Below, one piece after another: positions 20,695-29,779 of a stretch of 64,000 bases of DNA. Source of the DNA: Sulfolobales archaeon (lineage in GTDB: Archaea; Thermoproteota; Thermoprotei_A; Sulfolobales; AG1); the NCBI GenBank assembly GCA_038867615.1, contig JAWBYA010000005.1:1-64000 (forward strand). Direction: 5' to 3'. The translations under genes and the position numbers were made by a program. The notes beneath the pieces were generated by a model, which had not been told where the DNA came from, searched no databases, and was given only the letters and a program-made list of their open reading frames with translations. The first letter of the stretch is position 1. Every line of letters begins with the position of its first letter.

Positions 20695-21028
20695 GATCTT
20701 TAAAGAATCAATATTGAGAAACCAGTACTACCAAATATGCTAAAAGATTCTAAACTAATAGTAACTCTAAGTATATCTCTCCCGATCTCAAGGCCCATAG
20801 CTCTTAGACTCTTATAAGCTCTCACAAGCTACCGAAGGAGATACGGCCTGCCGATTGAGTTGAAGACCAAATATTGGTTAAATTATTCTTCAAAGATTTA
20901 CCTCAATACTCTTCGCGAAGTCTAAAACCTATATTGTCAAGGATCTTGCTATTTGGAAAACCAACGAGCTATCTTTCTACAATGTACATCTAGCAAGGGC
21001 TCCACTGAGGTTGGTCTAATATAAAAAT

Positions 21029-21196
21029 AAGTATGGCTTTGAGCTAGACAGATGGGACACTACAACGATGAGGCGGTGATAATTTGGTGAAACTGGGTCG
21101 TGGGTAAAAATCGCTTTAAGGATTGAGGTGTTTGATATATGCTTTGATTAAGGAGATCCTGAGGCTTGCGAGGACGAGGAATAAACAGTTGATATT
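21029..21196 (+). pseudogene. Decayed tnpB 3' remnant / degenerate family B copy
   Basis: KYGFELDR (21029-21052) resembles the TnpB zinc-finger CGxxxDRD motif; followed by GGGACACTACAACGATGAGG and CTGAGGC..GAGGA..AACAGTTGATAT, similar to family B. Confidence 0.4.
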
Positions 21197-21923
21197 ACTC
21201 AGTATAGATCGAACCCTTCCTGAGTATCTCGACAAGCTCGTCTAGGCTTGATATTGAGGGGCTCCATTTATAGCCGTATCTATTAAGGTGGATCGATCTT
21301 ATTCCGAGGGATCTTGAGGTCTCTAGATCGTATTGGGGATAGGATGATACATGGATTGCCTCACTATACTCGAGCCCGAGGATCTTGTAGGCTCTTTCGA
21401 AAGCCTCTCTATTCGGTTTATAGATCCCTGTATCCTCTGCTGTGACAACAATATCTACTAGATTCTCAAGCCCTGAGAGGGTTATGTTGATAAGTCTTCT
21501 CTCGGTATTGGATATTATAGCGATCATCACGCCGATCCTCTTTAGCCCCATAAGCCCTGTTATGGTGTCGGGGAATGGGGGTGATTTTGCGAAAGAGAGT
21601 GCTATTGCCTCGCCATAGTGATCCCTCCAAGGCTTGGAAGCCTTCTCCATGGTTCTTCTTAGGCATTCCGACAGGATCTGTGAGTATGGTTTATAGCTCT
21701 TCAAGCTGCTAACACTCTCTAGATCGCATTGGAAGAAATAATCTATATAGTCTGGCCCGGCTAGATAGCTAACCATAGAGCCTATACTGCTTCTCCAATC
21801 AACAAGGGTTCCATATAGATCGAATGTGACGGCTTTAACCAAACAATCACCAGATTTATTACCCATACCCACCTTAACTATTAATCTCCATCGCCGAGCA
21901 TTATTCCGGCTATCTACTTCCAT
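21195..21923 (-). CDS. HAD-superfamily hydrolase (2-haloacid dehalogenase-like)
   Basis: FDLYGTLVDW, ISN, YKP, HVSS...D; start probably ~21845-21865. Confidence 0.9.
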   Translation of the reverse strand: MEVDSRNNARRWRLIVKVGMGNKSGDCLVKAVTFDLYGTLVDWRSSIGSMVSYLAGPDYIDYFFQCDLESVSSLKSYKPYSQILSECLRRTMEKASKPWRDHYGEAIALSFAKSPPFPDTITGLMGLKRIGVMIAIISNTERRLINITLSGLENLVDIVVTAEDTGIYKPNREAFERAYKILGLEYSEAIHVSSYPQYDLETSRSLGIRSIHLNRYGYKWSPSISSLDELVEILRKGSIYTE

Positions 21924-21935
21924 CTCGGCAGATCG

Positions 21936-22328
21936 TTAGGACTGGATCCACCGTATCCTTAGCTCCTTCAATAACCCCTCACAGAGGATCCATGCCCTTG
22001 TATCGTTGCTAAGTAGTCCTATGATTAGCCATGGGATTGGCCATAGCTCCATCCCCTTGAGATCCTTATGACTCGGGGTTGCTAGAAACCCTGGGTGTGT
22101 GTGGTAGAGACCCACAAGATCTGTTCCCCTGGATCTAGCCTCCTCATAAGCCTTTAGAACCCCTCTAGGATCCATTAGAAACTCGTAGGGATTGTTCGAG
22201 AGGTTCTCCACCTCTTTATATCCGATAACCTCTACAAGAGCATCGCGGAAAAACCCTAGAAGGAATCCGCATACCTCTCTATTCTTTGGAGCCCTCTCTA
22301 TAATAGCCCTGACAATGCTCCTCGGTAT
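21936..22328 (-). CDS. JAMM/MPN+ (Mov34) metalloprotease, desampylase-like; non-canonical start likely
   Basis: YHTHP...PSHKD; the in-frame EVCGFLLG motif lies upstream of the track's GTG at 22211; ATA at 22328 proposed as start. Confidence 0.85.
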   Translation of the reverse strand: MPRSIVRAIIERAPKNREVCGFLLGFFRDALVEVIGYKEVENLSNNPYEFLMDPRGVLKAYEEARSRGTDLVGLYHTHPGFLATPSHKDLKGMELWPIPWLIIGLLSNDTRAWILCEGLLKELRIRWIQS

Positions 22329-22330
22329 CG

Positions 22331-22606
22331 CTACCTCTTCGTAGCACTTGAGAAAGCCGCTCTCACCTCTTGGGGGAGCTTCTCGTACTCAACCTCCTCA
22401 GCATCCTCAACATTCTGCTCCCACACCAGCTCCTCACCCTCTCTCTCATAGACATGTTTTCTCAGCTTCTCAACAACCACGAACGTTTTACCATCAGGCG
22501 TTCTTCTAATCTCTACAAGGAATTTCTCCCCCTTCCTGTTAACAACATACTTGGCCTCAGAGCTTGTCTTGATCATCCCGACACCTCCTGAAAACCATAT
22601 CCACAC
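22331..22606 (-). CDS. Small charged hypothetical protein
   Basis: Typical host codon usage; GGAGG SD before an ATG at ~22576. Confidence 0.7.
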   Translation of the reverse strand: MWIWFSGGVGMIKTSSEAKYVVNRKGEKFLVEIRRTPDGKTFVVVEKLRKHVYEREGEELVWEQNVEDAEEVEYEKLPQEVRAAFSSATKR

Positions 22607-22656
22607 CGTATTCCTCTAACTAGGAATATAAGCCCAACCGATAAGCATGATCGAGA

Positions 22657-23091
22657 CTAATCCTTTCTCTTAAGGATTCTTAGGGCAAATACCCCCTCTA
22701 GAATAAATATAGAGGCTGCCACTGCCGAGGTTATTATGGCTAGGAAAAGCCCGGGGCTTGGTTCGAGCATACCCATGGCTAGGGATACCATCTCTGGGAT
22801 TAAGAGGCCTGTGAAGAAAGCGCCATATATAAGTAGTCTTGGCACAAGCTTACCTCCTATGTATAGATAACCCCTGATCCTAACCCTCTTCTTAACACGA
22901 TAAACCCCTCCAGGATCCTTCTCAACTATCCCAAGCTCCTCGAACTTCTTTAAATGGTAATAAGCCAGGCTTGGGTTTATCCCCAATCCCCGAGCAATCT
23001 CTCTAGGACCTGCCCCATCGTTCTCCAACAAATATATATAGATCTTCAGCGCAACCCCCGACAGATCCTCGGCATCGCTGTGGGAGGTCAT
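22657..23091 (-). CDS. Membrane-tethered winged-helix transcriptional regulator
   Basis: GPREIARGLGINPSLAYYHLKKFEELGIV followed by two TM helices. Confidence 0.85.
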   Translation of the reverse strand: MTSHSDAEDLSGVALKIYIYLLENDGAGPREIARGLGINPSLAYYHLKKFEELGIVEKDPGGVYRVKKRVRIRGYLYIGGKLVPRLLIYGAFFTGLLIPEMVSLAMGMLEPSPGLFLAIITSAVAASIFILEGVFALRILKRKD

Positions 23092-23103
23092 CAGCCATAT
23101 CCC

Positions 23104-23808
23104 CTAAGAGCAGGCCGGGATTCTCATGGGGCTGGGGTGGGGCGGGTTGACATAGCCTCCTAAACCCACTTCTCTCTCTATATTATAATAGTTGCTACCA
23201 AGCTTCACAAGGATCGATAGGCTATACCTACCATAGACACTAGGTCTATCTAGATCCAGCCTCAGCGACATGGTGACCGACTGCCCCTCTACAGAGGATA
23301 TGTCATAGCTATGCGAGACAATCCTTACGGGGAGAGGTATCCTAGCAAGGCATCTCTCCTCATCAACACCATAGACCCACGAAGACCCGTTCCAAGCGTA
23401 TGGGAATGGGAGAGGGGTGAGCGTAACCCTTACAAGAGAGAGATCCCTAGCCTCGCTCAAATTACCACCTATATTTAGCCTTATGGTGAGATATATCTTT
23501 CCACCCCCCTCCAAGATCCTGAGAAGCTCTGCCCCCACAATCACTGCATACCCACGATAAGTGGCTGGGGGAGATGGTGGTAGTAAGGGGGTTGCTCCCT
23601 CGATCTGTTGCGAAGCCCTGCTGATCTCGTGCTGAATACTCAGAGGTATTGTTATCTCTCTAGAGATGTTGAGAGCCTGTGTAGCGCCCGCAACCTCTCC
23701 CAGGGGTTGTTTCTGGTATGGGTAGAGGTGGAGTATCGAGTAGCTCACCGCTACACCGAGGATCAGGGCTATTGCTATCATTACAAGCAATGCTCTGTCC
23801 AAAAACAC
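23104..23808 (-). CDS. Hypothetical exported protein
   Basis: N-terminal TM, Pro-rich linker, beta-rich domain. Confidence 0.65.
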   Translation of the reverse strand: MFLDRALLVMIAIALILGVAVSYSILHLYPYQKQPLGEVAGATQALNISREITIPLSIQHEISRASQQIEGATPLLPPSPPATYRGYAVIVGAELLRILEGGGKIYLTIRLNIGGNLSEARDLSLVRVTLTPLPFPYAWNGSSWVYGVDEERCLARIPLPVRIVSHSYDISSVEGQSVTMSLRLDLDRPSVYGRYSLSILVKLGSNYYNIEREVGLGGYVNPPHPSPMRIPACS

Positions 23809-23897
23809 TACCCCTACTAAATACCAGCGGATAAATATTAGTATATGTTTTTCACGCTGCGTTCAAATAATTGAATATTCACCAGGTATCTATAGCA

Positions 23898-24557
23898 CTA
23901 GTAGAGCACTAGTAGCATCAACGCCATTATCGATATGGCTAGGTAGATGAGCGGGTTCCACCTAGCAACCTTATAGCCGTCGAGAGGGGGTATTGGTAGT
24001 AGGTTAAACACTGCTAGCACGGCATTGACATACTTGATAGCGTAGAAGACGGTATAGAGACCTGGTAGTGGTATTAGAACAGCCAGCCTCATCCCAATAA
24101 TACCTATCATCGAGAGGACTATGTTTGATATAGGACCGACAGCAGCTATCAACCCCTCGCTAGTTGTACCGCCGAAGAGGGTTCTCGTACCCCAGTAGCT
24201 ACACCTAATACCAACATACCCTGGGGCTGCTATCACGAAAGGAAGCCTTGCGCCTAGAAAGTGGGCTAGGGATGCAAATAAACCGAAAACAGTGGTCATG
24301 AGAAGACCCAGCGAGGATATGGTGAACCTAGCCTGGCATCCCCTGGCTAGTGCCACATATTTATGTGCAAGCTCGTGGATGAAGAAGCCAAGGGATATCG
24401 CTATTAGATATGCCGGTATAGCTCCATACTGGATCAGGGATTTTATGTCTGAGAAGCCGTTGAAAACAGTCATCAAGGCCGCTAGAGCTAACCCCCAGGA
24501 TAGCGATTCGGAGAGCCACACCGGGTCCCTGAGCCTCAGCATGAGAACCAAATCCAC
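23898..24557 (-). CDS. Site-2 protease (peptidase M50)
   Basis: HELAH, AVGPISN, FNLLPIPPLDG. Confidence 0.92.
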   Translation of the reverse strand: MDLVLMLRLRDPVWLSESLSWGLALAALMTVFNGFSDIKSLIQYGAIPAYLIAISLGFFIHELAHKYVALARGCQARFTISSLGLLMTTVFGLFASLAHFLGARLPFVIAAPGYVGIRCSYWGTRTLFGGTTSEGLIAAVGPISNIVLSMIGIIGMRLAVLIPLPGLYTVFYAIKYVNAVLAVFNLLPIPPLDGYKVARWNPLIYLAISIMALMLLVLY

Positions 24558-24651
24558 AGGTAGATGTGCTAGGGATAATATATTTTATTTTATCCAGACT
24601 TATTATTTCTCGTTTAATCAGCCCAGGATCTATATTATCGCTGGGGAGCGT

Positions 24652-25365
24652 ATGAGACTGCTCGAGCCAGGGTCTATATGCACCAAGGATCTACAGCCAA
24701 GCTGCGAATCTATAGTGGAGAGGGTTAGAATGCTTGGCTACAACACCATCATCCCGGGATCCAGGGGGGTCATGTGGATCGGGGAGGGGTTCTCCTCAAG
24801 GGTTTTTCTAGTTGCTAAAAGCGATGGTTCTATAGCAGCCCTCAAGATCAGGAGATCTTTCTCCAAGGTTAATACCCTCGAGCACGAGGCATATATACTC
24901 AAGATCCTTAGGGGATGCTCTGTCCAGCCCCGTCTATTCGATCACAGCAACGATCACTTATTGATCGAGTATATCCAGGGCATAAGCCTGGGAAAACTAC
25001 TCAAGATCCACGAGATGGGGAGGATCGGTGAGGAGTATCTCAGAATAGCCGTGGCGAGCGCTATAAGATCTCTCTACGAGCTAGACCTCCACGGAGTGGA
25101 TCATAAGGAGATAGCGGATCCAAGAAAGCATATCATATATTACCAGGGATCTCCACACAGGGCTAGGATCATAGATTTTGAATCAGCATCCCTAAAAGAG
25201 AGGGCTAACAATATACCAAGATTCGTTGGCGGCTTCCTACTAAGAAGGCTTAAATGGATGCTGAGAGATCCCGGGGAGAGCGTGAGAAACCTAATGAGGA
25301 TCTATAAGGCCGAGCCTGCCCAGAGGGAGGAGATCGTCAGAGACCTTGAGAAAGCAATGATCTAG
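24652..25365 (+). CDS. Ser/Thr protein kinase (RIO/Bud32-like)
   Basis: IGEGFSSRV, ALK, HKEI, IIDFESA; ATG at 24652 preceded by GGGGAG. Confidence 0.85.
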   Translation: MRLLEPGSICTKDLQPSCESIVERVRMLGYNTIIPGSRGVMWIGEGFSSRVFLVAKSDGSIAALKIRRSFSKVNTLEHEAYILKILRGCSVQPRLFDHSNDHLLIEYIQGISLGKLLKIHEMGRIGEEYLRIAVASAIRSLYELDLHGVDHKEIADPRKHIIYYQGSPHRARIIDFESASLKERANNIPRFVGGFLLRRLKWMLRDPGESVRNLMRIYKAEPAQREEIVRDLEKAMI

Positions 25366-25371
25366 TCATGA

Positions 25372-25599
25372 TCACAAGAGCCCTGATGCCTTCTTCAAAA
25401 TCTTCCTCAACTCCCCCCTCTTAACTATAATTACATCGTTAATACCAGGAGCGCCTAGCTCTCTACCACATTTAGGGCATTTCGAGGAAACCCTACCCCT
25501 AAGCTCCGATGGTGTGGGGAGCCCGAAGCTATCCTGCCCAACCCTGCTGAAGACATAGATAACCTCATCACAACCCCTACAAACATAAAGCACAGCCAA
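25372..25599 (-). CDS. Small zinc-ribbon protein
   Basis: CRGC...CPKCG. Confidence 0.8.
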   Translation of the reverse strand: MAVLYVCRGCDEVIYVFSRVGQDSFGLPTPSELRGRVSSKCPKCGRELGAPGINDVIIVKRGELRKILKKASGLL

Positions 25600-25846
25600 G
25601 GAGAGACACCAGCAATATATTGAAATAGAGATCCCTATAATACCAAGTACCCTAATAATACCGGGGGCAAGCCACAGGAGTAATTGTAATACCTTCTCTG
25701 CGAATTATAACCATGCCTGGGTATGGGCGTAACAATTATTATTAGCGGTTATATAGAATCGCCCCAGCAATGGTAGAGCTATTAAGGGGGTGGGAAGGGT
25801 TTTCTAAAAATACTTTATAGATCAGCGATAGCGAGGATAACCAGGA

Positions 25847-26830
25847 CTAGCAGCACGAAAGGCCCTTGAGATACCCTTTAAATGGGATCTCTTTCCCAGC
25901 ACCCTTGCCAACAGCTCTCCTATATATAAGGTTCGCGAGAGCCAGATCCCATAGGGCTATTCCGTGGGACTTGAAAACCGTTATCTCTTCCCGAGATTTT
26001 CTAGAGATCCTTCCTAGAACTGCTTCCCACAGCTCAGACACACGATCCCATGATATCGTGTTAGCCTTTACCGCAGCTAGGAGATCCCCGGATTCTATCA
26101 TAGCCTGTTCCTTAGAATCTGTCACAACTATAGATGCTCTTTCAAAAACCCCTGGATAGGCCTCTGACCTCGATGGATGGTTAGAACCCACCAGGTTTAT
26201 ATGGGTACCCTCCTGGATCCACTCGGCCTTTAAGAAAGGCTCTTTCGAGTTTGTCACAGTTGCGATCACATCTGCTTTGCATGCTTCTTCATAGCTCCCC
26301 ACGCTATATGCATTGAAACCCTTCTCCCTTAGCTCGCTAGCCATTCTAGATGCGTTCTCAGGATTCCTCGAATAGATCTTGATCTCCTTTACCCCCAATA
26401 CCGAGGCTATGCCGAGGGCCTGGGTTCTAGCCTGTCTCCCAGAACCTATGATCCCGAGGATCTTTGATGATTCTTTGGCTAGGTATTTCGTGGCAACAGC
26501 GCTTGCAGCTCCTGTTCTGAGCCTTCCGAGGGCGTCGGCCTCTATCATTGCTAGAAGCTCTCCTGAGGAGTTATCGAATAGGAGGACGACGAAGTTAGTC
26601 TTATCTCTCGTAGATATATATGCTTTAAGCCCCGAGACGCCGTGATCCTCTGAAGCGGCTGCCATTATGTGGAGGACCGAGGATCCCGTATAGATCCTCC
26701 TTCTAGGGATGAGATACGCCCTCCCAAGACCCTGGAGCCTAGTGATCTCCTCAACAGCCTCTATAGCATCTTTTATAGATACTAGCGAGAGCACCTCATC
26801 CTCACTGATCACTAGAACCATTCTAGACAC
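25847..26830 (-). CDS. Ornithine cyclodeaminase / alanine dehydrogenase (mu-crystallin) family
   Basis: RTGAASAVATKYLA, GIIGSGRQA, GTHINLVGS, ITVFKSHGIALWD. Confidence 0.92.
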   Translation of the reverse strand: MSRMVLVISEDEVLSLVSIKDAIEAVEEITRLQGLGRAYLIPRRRIYTGSSVLHIMAAASEDHGVSGLKAYISTRDKTNFVVLLFDNSSGELLAMIEADALGRLRTGAASAVATKYLAKESSKILGIIGSGRQARTQALGIASVLGVKEIKIYSRNPENASRMASELREKGFNAYSVGSYEEACKADVIATVTNSKEPFLKAEWIQEGTHINLVGSNHPSRSEAYPGVFERASIVVTDSKEQAMIESGDLLAAVKANTISWDRVSELWEAVLGRISRKSREEITVFKSHGIALWDLALANLIYRRAVGKGAGKEIPFKGYLKGLSCC

Positions 26831-27412
26831 CTATGCTGATTCCTTGACAAGGGATATATAGTATAGTAGCGATGCTATTGTTTTCGCATCAACCACAACG
26901 CCCTTTCTGATCATCTCGATGGCATCGTGTATGCTTATTCTAATGATCTCGATCATCTCGTCCTCCTGGTGATCCTCTCCCACATAAATAAGATCCCTTG
27001 CCAGGAATACATAGAGCATCTCGGTAGAGATCCCGGGGGAGCTGTACATCTTGAAGAGAAACCTGATCTCCCCAGCCCTATACCCAGTCTCCTCTAGAAG
27101 TTCTCTAGCAGCAGCATCTCTAGGATCCTCACCAGCCTCAAGAGTCCCCGCGGGGAGCTCTAGTATCCATCCCTGAGGCCCTGGTCTGTATTGCTTGAGC
27201 ATTATGATCTCGTGATCACTTATTAGGGGTATTATAACCACAGCCCCCGGATGGATCAATAGATCCCTAACGATCACCCTATCAACGAAATCTATCTTAG
27301 ACAGTGCAAAAGCAAACCTCTTACCCCTGCATAGTAGCTCGTAAGATATAGATCTAGGCGTTCGCTGCTTCTCCACACGGATCACCCCGGATCGGTTAAG
27401 CCCTCTGACCAC
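26831..27412 (-). CDS. NUDIX hydrolase (ADP-ribose pyrophosphatase-like)
   Basis: HPGAV, QYRP, ELPAGTLEAGEDPRDAAARELLEETGY, DAKT. Confidence 0.92.
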   Translation of the reverse strand: MVRGLNRSGVIRVEKQRTPRSISYELLCRGKRFAFALSKIDFVDRVIVRDLLIHPGAVVIIPLISDHEIIMLKQYRPGPQGWILELPAGTLEAGEDPRDAAARELLEETGYRAGEIRFLFKMYSSPGISTEMLYVFLARDLIYVGEDHQEDEMIEIIRISIHDAIEMIRKGVVVDAKTIASLLYYISLVKESA

Positions 27413-28418
27413 GGATCTCCCCTATTTTTTCAATGAGAGCTACTGCTAGTATTGGTAGGATTATCGTCGCATCACCATATATAGCAACCCTCTTAGCCGA
27501 TGCCTTTATCTTACCCCAGCTTATAGCCTCACGCGGATGGGCGCCGCTTAGAGAGCCATCCCACTCAACAGCTGTTGTTATATAGACAGCATAGTCTAGC
27601 CCTTCTTTAAACTGGTTCCACCATATCGTGTGGTGCTTACTAATACCCCCACCTATTATCAATGCCCCGCTGACCCTTGATTTGAAAACCATGTTTGCTA
27701 GAAGATCCATGTCCGAGAATAGATCGAGCTTAAACCCGGAGACCCTGGATCTCGTGTAGAGAGCTGTGCCAAAAGCACCATCAAGTATCCCGGGCACTAT
27801 AACCGGGATTTTCTTTCTATACGCAGCCCCTAGGATCGAGTTCTGATCCCCTGAGAGCTTCTCACCAGCCTTCCAGAGAACCTCATACCCAGGCCACTCT
27901 CTCTTAATCCTCACAAGCTCGTCAACAAGAACATGGGCAAACCTCTCCACAGGAACACCATAGCCCTTGATATCTATGAAGACATTCCCAAGCCTGTGGA
28001 AACCCCTCCTATAGAGATCCTCATCATCAGCCTCAAAGAAACCCCTATAATAGCCGCCGCCCGTGCTCCTAGCGATATCGTGATCTATAGCACCACAGGT
28101 AGTTATAACAACATCGAAGAAACCCTCATCAATAAGCTGGGCTAACACACCCCTAAGCCCTGTCGAAACAAGATTTCCTGTGAATGATAGGAACCTGAGA
28201 TCAGCATTAAGGATCATCTCCAAAAGTATCTCATAACCCCTATAGAGATGCCCAGCCATAAAGCCATGAATATCCCTATAGAGGCTCACCAACTCAGACA
28301 CACTCATACGGCTCTTAACCCTCCCATCAACGACCCTTGTTAGCGAATCCGTAGAAACCACCAACAATTCCTTACAAAACCGGAGTAATGAGAACCACGG
28401 TATAAGCTTACCCACCAA
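27396..28418 (-). CDS. dys: Deoxyhypusine synthase
   Basis: FTGNLVSTGLR, HRLGNV, GGGISKHH, DGSLSGAHPREAISWGKI, GDATI; start probably ~18 codons downstream. Confidence 0.95.
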   Translation of the reverse strand: MVGKLIPWFSLLRFCKELLVVSTDSLTRVVDGRVKSRMSVSELVSLYRDIHGFMAGHLYRGYEILLEMILNADLRFLSFTGNLVSTGLRGVLAQLIDEGFFDVVITTCGAIDHDIARSTGGGYYRGFFEADDEDLYRRGFHRLGNVFIDIKGYGVPVERFAHVLVDELVRIKREWPGYEVLWKAGEKLSGDQNSILGAAYRKKIPVIVPGILDGAFGTALYTRSRVSGFKLDLFSDMDLLANMVFKSRVSGALIIGGGISKHHTIWWNQFKEGLDYAVYITTAVEWDGSLSGAHPREAISWGKIKASAKRVAIYGDATIILPILAVALIEKIGEIRGQRA

Positions 28419-28441
28419 TAAAGGCTAAGATAGATAACAAC

Positions 28442-28697
28442 AAGCCATAGCCAGCTGTTTCAGGTTTCATGAGGGTTTATAGGGGTTGGTATCGAATTTA
28501 TCTCTGTGAAACCTTATATAAGCTCTTATATTTCACTGGGATGCCGCCCAACAATGAGGATAGAGATAGAGACCCGAGTGGGCGGGGTTAAAGGCAAAAA
28601 GATCCAGGATATGGGCCCCAATGAAAGGAGCCCTGAGGCCGAGGAAGCCAAGGGAAGAACGGTTGGTATAAAAATCAACCGCAATGAAGCCCGAACC
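28442..28697 (+). mobile_element. Repeat family B copy (MITE-like, probably tnpB-derived)
   Basis: Aligns over both ends with the reverse complement of 42453-42718 (AAGCC[A/G]TAGCCAGCTGTTTC ... GGGATGCCGCCCAACAATG ... ATCAACCGC[A/T]ATG[A/G]AGCCCGAACC). Confidence 0.7.
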
Positions 28698-28756
28698 CCT
28701 GCAACCCAACCTCGGAACTTTATATTTAAAGATCTGTTAGATGCTGGGTTAAAAAA

Positions 28757-29722
28757 CTAAATAGCGCCCTCCCTGAAAATCCTGTTCCTGAGCACTCCTA
28801 TGTTCTCGATATATGCTTCAACAACATCCCCGTGTTTTAAGAACCTGCCTGCTGCCATGCCAACGCCCGAGGGCGTTCCAGTCGCTATTATATCCCCTGG
28901 CTTCAATGTTATCCCATCTGAGATGAACTCTATTATTCTGTCTATCTTGAATATCATGTCGCTCGTGTTCCCATCCTGTCTGGTCTCTCCATTTACTTTC
29001 AGGCTTAGTCTGAGATTCTGTGGATCCTGGATTTCATCCTTAGTAACGATCCACGGGCCCGTGGGGGCAGCTGTATCCATGCCCTTACCATGCAGCCATC
29101 TCAAACCATATGGACTCTGCCTCTCAGGCCCTGCAGCCATCTGTTTATCTCTATAGCTTATGTCGTTGAAAACAGTGTAGCCGAAGATATACTCGTAAGC
29201 CCTGGATCTCTCTATATACTTGCCCCTCCTACCGATAATAACCGCGAGCTCCACCTCGTGGTCTACCTTCTCAGAGGATCTCGGTATGAGGACAGGTCTC
29301 TCGTGACCCGTGAGAGAGCTGAGAGGCTTTTGAAAGACATATGGCTCGCTAGGAGGCTTTCCACCAACTTCTCGTGCGTGGGACATATAGTTAAGGGCTA
29401 GGCATAGGATCTTTTCCGGGCTGGTTATAGGAGGATAGTAATCGATCTCGTCTGGTTTATATACATACCTAGAGATCGAAGGATTAGAGCTCTTCAGATC
29501 CCTCTCAAAATCCCCCGCAACCCTTTTGAGAAGGTCGAGGGCTATCCCACCACCTTCTATTAATAGCTTTAGATCTGTGAACCAGCTTGGGGGAGAAGCA
29601 TCGTAGAGCGCTGCAAAGCTCCTCGCAACATCAACCACATAACCATTGATCAGGATACCGAGCCTCGGCGATTCAAAACCCCTTGGAGAGAACGTGAGGA
29701 GCCTCGTAGCACACACCCTCAC
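28757..29722 (-). CDS. Fumarylacetoacetate hydrolase family protein
   Basis: KILCLALNYMSHA, DHEVELAVIIG, GYTVFNDIS, KGMDT, GDIIATGTPSGVG. Confidence 0.93.
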   Translation of the reverse strand: MRVCATRLLTFSPRGFESPRLGILINGYVVDVARSFAALYDASPPSWFTDLKLLIEGGGIALDLLKRVAGDFERDLKSSNPSISRYVYKPDEIDYYPPITSPEKILCLALNYMSHAREVGGKPPSEPYVFQKPLSSLTGHERPVLIPRSSEKVDHEVELAVIIGRRGKYIERSRAYEYIFGYTVFNDISYRDKQMAAGPERQSPYGLRWLHGKGMDTAAPTGPWIVTKDEIQDPQNLRLSLKVNGETRQDGNTSDMIFKIDRIIEFISDGITLKPGDIIATGTPSGVGMAAGRFLKHGDVVEAYIENIGVLRNRIFREGAI

Positions 29723-29779
29723 GGCTAGTCAGTGATTAGAGGTAATAAGTGTTTCGCTATACCACTAACTGTCTCTCGA

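Noticed and set aside
24292-24651. N-terminal extension of the kinase ORF
   Set aside because: Antisense overlap with the M50 protease; a better start with SD exists at 24652
28506-28760. 84-aa ORF
   Set aside because: Coincides with the family B repeat; not maintained as an ORF in the other copies
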